A stretch of DNA of 64,000 nucleotides, taken from assembly GCA_043228905.1 (NCBI GenBank), contig JBHGNT010000006.1, positions 7,316,001 through 7,380,000 of the forward strand. Direction: 5' to 3'. Below are positions 11,367-21,865 of this stretch, one piece after another. Under the pieces are notes generated by a model. That model searched no databases and had not been told where the DNA came from. It saw nothing but the letters and a program-made list of their open reading frames with translations. Each line of letters starts with the position of its first letter. Within the stretch, counting starts at the first letter, position 1. This DNA comes from Azolla caroliniana (lineage: Eukaryota > Plantae > Polypodiophyta). The position numbers were made by a program, and so were the translations under genes.

Positions 11367-14300
11367 CTAAACAGTATTTCGCTCCACTACGTCTGGGCCC
11401 CTTGACCGAGTAACTAGTCTTGTTCCCGATCGTGGCCCCTTCTTCAGCCTTTTTCTGGTTGGTTCCCCATTTAGCCTTGCTTCTAGGACCCAATGCGCAA
11501 GTGTGTCCTCCTCCGACAACCTTCCCATCGCCTCAGCAGCTAATTGCACATCAGCCGTTTCTTGAACTAGCTTTTCAAGTACAGAGGGATCTGTTTGGAC
11601 ATTTTCAGTAGTTGGGCTCGGTGGGGTGGAATCAAGGTCTTGAGACTCGAAGAAATGTTGCATCAAGTGTTCATAAACACTGTTGTTGTGAACCTCAGTT
11701 TTACATGTTGTTTCCACTATTTCATGGCATTTCACATCGTTGCCTAATTCAGTACACTGTTCCAAAAGAATAGGGTGCAGCTGATCTGAAGGAGATGTGA
11801 TAGCAGGACTCTTACTTTCAGCCACATTGGCAGTAGTATCCTCATCTGTTGCAGCATCATCAGCACCAGACACATCATGTGCCGTCCTTAATCCACAAGA
11901 TTCTACAATAACATGACAGTTATTTAGGATAGCTAATTAGCTACTTTACTAAACTATGGTAGAAGCTAGGATAGCTAATTAGCTAGTACGATAGCTAATT
12001 AGCTAGTATGATAGCTAATTAGGTACTTTACTCAACTATGGTAGTAGTTAGGATAGCTAATTAGGTACTTTACTCAACTATGGTAGTAGTTAGGATAGCT
12101 TATTAGCTACTAGGACAGCTAATTAGCTGCCAGTAGCTAATTAGCTGCCAGTAGCTAATTAGCTACTAGGATAGCTAATTAGCTGCCAGTAGCTAATTAG
12201 CTACTAGGATAGCTTATTAGCTACTTTACACAACTATGGCAGTAGCTACTAGGATAGCTAATTCGCTAGTAGGATAGCTAATTAGTTTCCAGCAGCTAAT
12301 TAGCTACTAGGATAGCTAATTAGCTACTAGGACAGCTAATTAGCTGCCAGTAGCTAATTAGCTACTAGGATAGCTTATTAGCTACTTTACACAACTATGG
12401 CAGTAGCTACTAGGATAGCTAATTCGCTAGTAGGATAGCTAATTAGTTTCCAGCAGCTAATTAGCTACTAGGATAGCTAATTAGCTACTAGGATAGCTAA
12501 TTAGTTGCCAGTAGCTAATTAGCTAGTAGGATAGCTAATTAGGTACTTTACTCAACTATGGTAGTAGCTAATTAGCTAGTAGGATAGCTAATTAGCTACT
12601 TTACTCAACTATGGTAGTAGCTAATTAGCTACTAGGATAGCTAATTAGCTGCTAGTAGCTAATTAGCTACTAGGATAGCTTATTAGCTACTTTACACAAC
12701 TATGGCAGTAGCTAATTAGTTACTAGGATAGCTAATTAGTTACTAGGATAGCTAATTAGCTACTATGGTAGCTAATTAGCTACTTTACTCAACTATGGTA
12801 GTAGCTAGGATAGCTAATTAGCTACTTTACTAACTATGGTAGTAGCTAGGATAGCTAATTAGCTACTTTATTAACTATGGTGGTAGCTAGGATAGCTAAT
12901 TAGCTACAATGAAAGCTAATTAGCTACTTTCTCAACTATGTAGTAGCTAGGATAGCTTATTAGCTACTAGGACAGCTAATTAGCTGCCAGTAGCTAATTA
13001 GCTACTAGGATAGCTAATTAGCTACTTTACACAACTATGTCAGTAGCTAATTAGCTACTATGATAGCTAATTAGCTAGTAGGATAGCTAATTAGCTAGTA
13101 GGATAGCTAATTAGTTGCCAGTAGCTAATTAGCTAGTAGGATAGCTAATTAGCTTTTTTACACAACTATGGTACTAGCTAATTAGCTAGTACCATAGCTA
13201 ACTAGCTACTAGGATAGCTTATTAGCTACTTTACACAACTATGTCAGTAGCTAATTAGCTACTATGATAGCTAATTAGCTAGTAGGATAGCTAATTAGTT
13301 GCCAGTAGCTAATTAGCTAGTAGGATAGCTAATTAGCTATTTTACACAACTATGGTACTAGCTAATTAGCTAGTACCATAGCTAACTAGCTACTAGGATA
13401 GCTTATTAGCTACTTTACACAACTATGTCAGTAGCTAATTAGCTACTATGATAGCTAATTAGCTAGTAGGATAGCTAATTAGCTAGTAGGATAGCTAATT
13501 AGTTGCCAGTAGCTAATTAGCTAGTAGGATAGCTAATTAGCTTTTTTACACAACTATGGTACTAGCTAATTAGCTAGTACCATAGCTAACTAGCTACTAG
13601 GATAGCTTATTAGCTACTTTACACAACTATGGCAGTAGCTAATTAGTTACTAGGATAGCTAATTAGTTGCCAGTGGCTAATTTAGCTAGTAGGATAGCTA
13701 TTTAGCTTTTTTACACAACTATGGTACTAGCTAATTAGCTAGTACCATAGCTAATTAGCTACTAGGACAGCTAATTAGCTAGTAGCTCATTAGCTGCCAG
13801 TAGCTAATTAGCTAGTAGGATAGCTAATTAGAAAAGACTAAGCTTATTAGCTACAGTATGGTATACCTGTTTGTTTTCTCCACTCATTTGGTAGAGTTGT
13901 ACTGCAATCTCCCAAACAGAATGTAGCAATTCGACAGGCATGTTGAAAACAAAGCAGATGGTATGTGTGGTTGCATGGTTGTAGGTGAACCAACAAAGAC
14001 GCAGTTTTGTCCTCCACACCTAACCCGCAAGCGATGCAACGTGCTTGAACTGTCAATAAATCATTTTCTGGTTCTACTTCATTTGGTAAGGGAGCAAGAA
14101 TGTTCAGGTCCAAATCCTGTCTGGTCCTTACCATTTCCTCCACAAAATGTAGCTTCTTCTTAAGGCAGCTAACTACCTGTTCTTGATGAATGTATTGTTC
14201 CTTCAACGCAACAGAGAAATTTACCGATTAATTATTCTTGTTGTTGAAAGATACACCAACTTTGCTCAGGAATCGTTAACTTACTTGAAGCTTATCCAAA

Positions 14301-15721
14301 TTGTAATCTGCAACAGTATTTACACCTAGAAGGTCCAGGTTCATTGAAAGAACCTGGATCTCTATTTGCAGTTCTATTTTACGCTGGGGATCCAATGGCC
14401 CCTCTAATTCAAGCTCCTGTTGCGCAACCTATTCCAGATAATGCTTGATTAGCACATTTTACCCGTTATTTATAACACAATCACATACCAGCAAAACAAT
14501 AGTTACCTGAATCTTATTTCTAATTGTTGTAACAGCAGAAGTAACTTTGCTCTCCATTGCAGAAGCCATTGTGGCTTTCTCTAAATCAGTCTTAAAAAAT
14601 GCCAATGTCTCACAGGCTTCATGGACATTTTTTAGCATATAGCTAACCAATGTCTCACCTGTATCATCGACATTGGCTTTCCTTGGGTGTCGGTGTGGTG
14701 TATGCCCCCGCTCTTGCTGGGAGTCGGCAGTTGCATCAACAGCTGCCATGCTCCAAAATCTGTCTATTTTTTGTGCCAAGGTCCCCATCTTTCGGCATCT
14801 TTTTACCGATGCCTCACCATAGACTGCCCAAGCTACCCTATACATTTCAGGGTCTCTAGATTCCTTCGCTGTTTTGCAGTACTCATATGCAAATGCTCTA
14901 GCAAATGAAACTGACAACTCATTGTTGACTGGGATCTCCTGATGAACTTTCTGGTGCAGTCTCATGCAGTCATCGTACAAGTCGGCTCGTACATGCTTCA
15001 GCTTGACCTTGCCTTTGACTCTAGGCACTGTATATACTGTCATCCAGTCTATATCACTGATCAATTTATCACTTAGGACAGCAGGGTCAACACCCTCGAG
15101 TGACAGACCATAGGTGTTGTGGAAGTCCTCCTTTGTCTCGCAAAATTTTGCGAAGTTTAGCACTCTCGTATACGGAGGAACGAGCCATCTGAAATATCAT
15201 TTCAGAAATCAGAAATAGTGCAAAATCAGAATATGTGAGAATCAAAAACCCCAATCAACAACAACAAAAATGGTGCAAAATCTTTAACTTAACCTAATCA
15301 AAATCTGTAATCAGAAGTTTGAAATCAGAAACCCTAATCAAAATCTGTAATCAGAAGTTTGTAACCAGAAACCTTATTCAGAAATTCTAATCAGAAATTT
15401 ATAATCAAAAACCCTAATCAGAAATTTCAATCAGAAACCCTAATAAAAAATTTCAATCACAAACCCTAATCAGAAATCCTAAGCAGAAATTTATAAACAA
15501 AAACCCTATTCAGAAATTCTAATTTGTAATCAAAATTTGTAACCAGAAACCCTATTCAAAAATTCTAATCAGAAATTTATAATCAAAAACCCTAATCAGA
15601 AATTTCAATCACAAACCCTAATCAGAAATTTCAATCACAAACCCTAATCACTAAAGACAGGATTAAACACAAAAAAAGTAATATAAACACACCTGTTGCT
15701 ACTCCCCGATTTGCGAGACAT
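11367..15721 (-). CDS. Multi-exon cargo gene: unknown N-terminal domain, coiled coil, RING-like finger, acidic tail. Exons 15721-15693, 15188-14507, 14428-14285, 14200-13867, 11902-11367
   Basis: Four GT-AG introns all join in frame (MSRKSGSSNR/WLVPPY.., NKIQ|VAQQ, DKLQ|EQYI, KQT-E-SCG). RING-like CIAC..PCNHTYHLLC..CLGDC. Probable 5'UTR intron at about 15750-15845. Confidence 0.8.
11925..13855. repeat. Second TAGCTAATTAGCTA palindrome array, filling cargo-gene intron 11903-13866
   Basis: Same palindrome with linkers CTAGGA, GCCAG and CTTTACACAACTATGG, plus higher-order duplications. Confidence 0.95.
15195..15655. repeat. Degenerate AATCAGAAA/AAACCCTAAT (telo-box-like) repeat filling cargo-gene intron 15189-15692
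   Basis: Many AAACCCTA(A/T)TC and AATCAGAAAT units. Confidence 0.8.
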
Positions 15722-18700
15722 CCTTGTATGGGACTCCAAGGACTTCGCCCTATTCGATTTTGGGGAAATATGAATCGGCACCAAAGTTCAGACAGTAGTC
15801 AAAATGAAAAAACAAATGTTTGGGGTTTCTGTAACTGAAACATACCTGGACGATGATCGAGCGGGTTCTGTGTTGTAGCTCTCAATCTGCAATGTCGATT
15901 TTTTGCTGTTGCGGGAGCTACGTCTGCGTTCGTGCTCTGAGTACTCCATTTGCGTTCAAAATCAGACTTAGGCTAAACAGGAAATTGATGACATTGAAGT
16001 CGACCTTAGATGATGGTGATATTCCCCAAGTTCCACTACGTCTGAAACAGAAGTTCAAATATTTGAGTTTTTTCATAAATTAGTTTTTCAAATATTTGAT
16101 TTTCCCACAAGAAAGACTAGCTAAACAAATAGCTAATTAGCTATGGCCATTTTAGTAGCTAATTAGCTATAATAGTGTTTCCACTCGCATGCTTTTACCC
16201 GTTATCCTTTCCAGAGATGTGCCGTATCTCCGGGTTCAGGGACTTAATGTACGCTATCCACCGGAGCATTGCTAGGTCTGGCGTCGCGCATCCGGAAACC
16301 ATGCCGAGTATCGGCAAGCAGTCTGTCTCGATTGTTACCTCTGTCCCAATCAGGTAGTCCCTATCGGCCTTGACTGTCGAAACGATACCCCATAGTTTGT
16401 GCCTGACTTGGGCGTATCCTCGTTGCCGCTCGCTAAATACCTTCGCCCCGAACCAGATCGGGAACCGTGCGTCGTCCTTGTCCTCTTTCTTGATCACCCA
16501 CCCGATCCCGGTCGGGCTGGTGTCCACCGTCACGTAGATGGGGACTCCCTTGCCGTAAGCTACTTTACGGAGAACTGGTGTTGCCGTAAGCGCCTCCTTT
16601 AGTTTTCGGACAGACTTTGTGTGCTCCATCCTCCACTCAAAGCTACGCCCCCTTTTCAATAGTCCGTAGAGGGGTTCCGCGACATGTGCGTAGTGTGGGA
16701 TCTAGATGTGGTAGAACGCGCATGCACCCAAGAATTTGCGGACCTCCGTAACCGACCCGCAATCGTTCCTCATCGCAGAGATGGCCTCTTCTACCTTTGC
16801 CAGAGACGGTTTCCTACCGTAAGGCCCGCACAGGTGTCCGACCACGAAGATCTCTGACTGCCTGAACGCCGATTTTTCTCCGGAGAAGGTGAGTCGTGCG
16901 CTCTCGAGCTTCTGCAGCACCTTCTCGCAGTCATTGATGTGGTTCATGATGAACCTCCGGCATCCGTCTGGCCCGACAGTCTCGTCCGCATCTTCCACCG
17001 GACACCCCTTTATCGGGATGTCATCCAAGAATGGCATGGTGATGTCCGGGATGCAGTCCCTCAGCACCTTGTTCATTGCGTTCACCATATGCGCCACCGA
17101 ATTCGTCCCGCGTTGTGGTAGGGTACACATCCATACTAGGCTGAGAGGAGTTCGCATCGTCGTGATATCCCTGCTCTCCACGGTTAGCTGGAACTAGTCG
17201 TACCCCGAGTATAAGTCACCGACCGAATAGATCAACCTTCCAGCGAAGGCCTCCGCGAACTCATCTATGGTCTATCTGATTCCTGCATTACGGATGGTCA
17301 CCCTGTTGACCGGTTGCAGGTCCTGAATGAAGCGCAGCGTGCTGTTCTTCTTCGGCACCGTAAACCACCGATTCGAATATGGGGCAGTCGACGGTTCGAG
17401 GATGCCCATCTCCACATTTTGCTTTAGAAGCTCCATCAACTTTGAGATGTGAGCTCTCGGCACCGGAATCGGTTTGAGATTCCACGATACATGCGGTACC
17501 GTGAAGATCACCATCAGTTCGATGATCGTCGGGTCCACGCACCCGATCTCCTCCGGCAAGAACGTCAAGGCTTTCCCATGCCATCCGAGCATTCTCCGAA
17601 ACCTATCCTCCTCCACCGGCAGTAGAAAGCCACCCCCACCAACCTTGAGCTCCCGTAGCGTTATGTCGGTGAACCAGTGCCCTATGCCAGCTGGATTCCG
17701 TAAACTTGGGTCCGACACGACCCCTTTTATCCACTCCTCACTGCCCTTCGACAAGGGTGCCGCGACTGGCCTCACCTTCCGGTCCACAGTCTTGTACTTT
17801 GTATCCACGCGGGCCGTCTGATTCGACCCGATCCTTTCCCCGAAGTCCGTGATGACTTCGTACATTCCCATCGAACTAACCGGAACGGTCCGGTCTTCTC
17901 TAAGGTCTTCACCGATCACCTTTCGCAACTCGCCCAAGGTGTCGTCAAAAGAGACCGCCTCCACGGCGCCGCTGATTTCTTCGTCGGGGGAGAGGACTCT
18001 GCATCGCCTGAGTCTCTCCTCCGCTCGCTTCCTCTCCCGTCCACTGATGCCGGCTATAGTACAACCTCCGTTTTCGGAGAACCAAAACTTCCTAACTACT
18101 ATACATGTGTGGTGTTCTTCCGGTACGTTCGGACTATCACGGCCCCACGCCTTGAGAACCCTCTCTAAAAATCCCCTCGACTGTCGCCGCCGAGGGTCTC
18201 GCGATTTCTCTCATGGTTCGGACGTACGGTCATGAATTGGACGGAATGCCGACCGTCTTGGCTCTTGACGCGCGCGTACACCGAACCATTGTCCAACACC
18301 TTCGTCTCCATGAGTGTTGTCGTAATGTACGGTTCGCCGAGAATCACCGGGTGCAAGGATGTTTCCTGCACGAAGAAATGTTGATCTATCTCGACGTCAC
18401 CGATCTTTACGTGTACATTCGGGCAGGCCCCATGCAGCTCCTCCGAAGCACGTGTCGCCGTGCGTATCTTCCACCCATGCTTGGAGTTGATCGGCCATTT
18501 ACCCTTCTTGTAGAAATCCATGGACATCAGGTTGATTTTGGATCCATGGTCTACCAAGGCCACCACCGATTTCGGAACGTCGCCGATCCGCACAGGGGTT
18601 TTCATAGTTGCCCTGGCCCAATGCGGCTTCGCGTAGTGGCTTTCCGCCAACTCATCTTCTAGGGCCGTGTCTTCTAAGTGCGTAGTCCGCACCTCCACCG

Positions 18701-19865
18701 GTTTCTCCGGTTCCGGCTCCGTCGAGATCCTCTTCTGCTTATCCAAGTCTACGATGGAGTCGTGGAACTCCCTCTTGATGATTCCCAGCACCTCCCGCAA
18801 CGACAACTCCACTTTACTATCCAGGATCCGCTCTTCAAGGACCTTTCGTAGGTCCGTTGCTCTCTCGATTTTGGTGCTCAACCGAAACCCCGCTTGCTTC
18901 TTCCCATCTGGCGCCCCTGGGTTGCCGGCACCGATCAGTTTCGGTCCGAACCGGGTCTCGTACCTCTGCGGGGGACCAACCCCTCCGTCCTTTCCTGCCC
19001 ATTTGTCTTCCACTAGAACCTCGTAGTTCTGGCAAGCGGCTTCTAAGAAGCCCGTTTTCTCTTCGACCGAATCGTCTCATCCGATGACCTCCTGGACCCG
19101 TTGTTCCGCGCGGTCCGCCTCTTCCTTCTTCAGCCGAACTCCGGAGAGGCCTTCTAGCACTAGCGGCCAGAATCCGAAGTCCTTCGCCTTCCGGGTCTCA
19201 TCACCCCCGGCCCCAACCCCGACGAGCTTCCGTTGCTCCAATCGCGCCGTTTGTTGAAACGGCTACAGACCTGTTTTACCACGGCCCAGTCTGCCATGAG
19301 CCCTTTATCCGTCTCCAATAGGGGACCCACCTTTTCCCTGTCGAGTGCGTCCACCGACTTGACAAACAGTAGAACTCAACTCGTTTCGAGCACGGTCCGG
19401 TCCAGCATCGATAGCCACGTGAATCGTTTTTCGAACTCCTGGAGGAGCGCTGACGTGTTCCTCCCTTTTCCGGGGCTTTCCACCCATGCCATGAAGTCCC
19501 GCCTCGACAACCGAAGCAAGTCATCAAACTCGTACTTCTCGAGGAGCTGCAACTCGAACTCCTCCCAAGTCTGGCATCTAGCCAACACCTCGAGCACCTC
19601 TACGTGGATGCTCGGCGTCACCACCCGAGGGAATCCGGACAGCCGCCTGTCCACCAGGATATCCCTCATGATCATTTCGGCCCGGTAAGCCTCCAAATAA
19701 CTTGTGGGATTCTTCCCACCAAATCGGCCTATGCTGCCGACAATCGATTCAATGGCTCTGTCGAGGGTACCTGTCCCCTCGCGAGCGCTCACCAGCCGGT
19801 CGACGGCTACCGCCATTGCCTCTGCTAGCTCTGATCCCCTTATCTTCCGACTCCTTTGATGCCTG

Positions 19866-19883
19866 TTCACGTCGGGTTCACCA
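19866..19883 (-). promoter_or_regulatory. Primer-binding site complementary to tRNA-Trp 3' end (also at 28210-28227, 46869-46886, 54405-54422)
   Basis: TGGTGAACCCGACGTGAA is the reverse complement of ..TTCACGTCGGGTTCA-CCA, which I recognise as the plant cytosolic tRNA-Trp 3' end; 4 nt from the LTR in all four elements. Confidence 0.85.
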
Positions 19884-21865
19884 ATTATGTCGCGAAGTTT
19901 CGCGTTCGCGTGTAAGAAGAGGCGGGACCACAGGGGTCTTGGACCAAGGAGAGAGTGAGAGAGAGAGAGAGAGATCCATAGAAAGAAAATAAGAGCAAGA
20001 AACAGGAATCTGATTACTATAATCAGTAGCTTACAACTCGAACGGTTACAACCGGCCAACCGGTAATGGACCTAACACGGGGTCCTACTCACGCAAACAG
20101 ACGACGCGACTCGACTCGAAGAAAGAAAAAAGGGGGGGGGGGGGACAGAGAGAGAGAGCCTCTGCTGGAAGCACACGGGTAGCGAACTCCTGACACCCAC
20201 AGAGAACGACGATCGAAGGAGAGAGAGCTCGGCCTTCGGTTCTGGAGCAGCATTTCGTCCTCGCCAATGCGCGATACCTTTTCCTCCTTCTCTCCCTCCT
20301 TAAAATAGTTCGCAAAGGGGAGACCCTTCTTCCCTAGTCCAATCGCTTTATTCCCTGTCCCTTCCGACAGGGATACGCACAAATCCCCTAATAAACGTGT
20401 ACTACCTAGTATTTACATCAGCCGATCTAATTACAAAATATGTACAAAATATCAATTCTCGCGTCCACCCGTGTAAGAGCCAGTTCATGAGCCTTTTTCT
20501 CCGATTCCGCCCATGGCCGGTTTTCTTCACGACACTGGGACCTGCATCAGTTCGTGACGACTTGCAAAAGTTGTCAAGTGCACTGCATAGTCCGACATCA
20601 GGACGAGCTTCACCCAACCTACCCTCCGACCGTCCACTTCAAGTGGATGGTGGATCTAGTGACGATGCCGATGGGGGTAGCGCAGATGCGGTATCTAGTG
20701 TTGGCTCAGGAGGACCTAACGAACCAGGTGGAAGGCCGAGCGTTGCAGAACAAAACGACCGCGGTTGTGTGCCGATTTCTTATCGAAGAAGTGGTATGCC
20801 AGTACGGGTGCGTAGGTAAGATCGTGGCCGACCACGGAGAATTGGATGCGCAAGAGGCGGAAGAGTTGTTTGACCGGCTAGGGATTAAACTCTCGCTCAC
20901 CATAGTGTACAATCTGGAGGCTAACGGGAAGGTGGAACGCGAACACATGCCGATCATCAAATCGTTAGTACAGACGTGTGGAGGCCAAGTCGGGAACTGG
21001 CTGCGACTCTTACCCTATGCGTTGTGGGCGGACCGAACTACGCACAGTTTGGTAACCGGGTTCATGATGGCAGAGCTAATGTATGGGCAGAAGCCGATCA
21101 TGCCAACGGAGCAGACAATCTCCTCATGGGCCACGGTGGACTGGAAAGACGAGATGAGCCGAGAGGAACTGTTACCGGCATAGATTCGGTAGCTAGAGAG
21201 AAGACTTGAGGACGTGGACCGAGCCGCAAAGAAACTACGGGTGGCGAGGGTAAAGAACAAAGGACAGTTCGACCGGACTCGCCGACTGAGACCGAAGAAG
21301 ATCGAGGAAGGCGACTAGGTTCTAGTGTATGACAGCAGCCTCGATAACCAGCACAGGGCATTGCGGAAGTTTGCAAGAAGGTGGTTTGGGCCTTATGTGG
21401 TGACAAGCACCAACGGCAATGGGACCTACCATCTCATGGAGCTCGACGGGACAAGGATGGCGGTATCGGTGGCGGGGAAAAGGATCAAAGCATTCAAGAA
21501 GCGGCACGAGGCTGAACCGGACCCGGACGACCTGGATGGCGACAACGACCGGTTCGGAATGGATGTTGATCCGGAAGACGAAGGATAAGCGTGGGCCGAT
21601 CTTCTCCGGCAAGAGTCTAATTTTGGCACATACTGGTGGATGCGTGGTTAGGTGGGGGCAGATGTCGTGGAGAAAACCGTCCCTAGGCGGAAACCGGGTA
21701 TAACGTGCGTAAACCGGCCCTTACACATGGGCACAAGTTTTGTTGTATAGTACATAGATAGGTACAAGTTGGTTGAGGTGAAATCCTAGGTAGCACGCAT
21801 TCATTAGGGAGAAAATCGAGGCGTATCCCTGTCCGAAAGGACAAGGAATAAACATGATGTAACGG

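Larger units (their letters stand above)
4297..16200 (+). mobile_element. 11.9-kb Sola2-like cut-and-paste DNA transposon with cargo genes
   Basis: 25-bp TIRs GGGTGAAAGCATGCGAGTGGAAACA (4297-4321) and TGTTTCCACTCGCATGCTTTTACCC (16176-16200), 1 mismatch. 4-bp TSD GTTA (4293-4296, 16201-16204). Removing the element restores the host gypsy sequence. Confidence 0.9.
4106..20534 (-). mobile_element. Ty3/gypsy element C (tRNA-Trp PBS family), degenerate; interrupted by the DNA transposon and by Tcn1 #1; 3' end outside window
   Basis: 5' LTR 19888-20534 (TGTCG..CGACA), PBS 19866-19883, gag/PR/RT(FLDD)/RH pieces 16201-19830 with stops. Sequence 4106-4296 continues 16201 seamlessly (compare copy A at 23930-24130). 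Confidence 0.9.

Noticed and set aside
6520-13855. Palindromic repeats with variable linkers as a CRISPR-like array
   Set aside because: Repeats are 14 bp, linkers are short and recurrent rather than unique, there are no cas genes, and the arrays lie in spliceosomal introns.
4293-16204. PIF/Harbinger assignment (GGG termini, TTA TSD, second gene)
   Set aside because: A 3-bp TTA TSD leaves an unpaired G at the right end, whereas GTTA gives flush TIRs. The transposase motifs (DFAENY, SDG..QFK, HGKG..D) are not Harbinger-type and no Myb/SANT domain is visible.
19200-19215. Element C as a knuckle-less gag variant
   Set aside because: Comparison with A shows a simple ~420-bp internal deletion in an already decayed copy.
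19866-19883. tRNA-Trp gene
   Set aside because: Only the 18-nt 3' complement including CCA is present next to LTRs, so it is a PBS.
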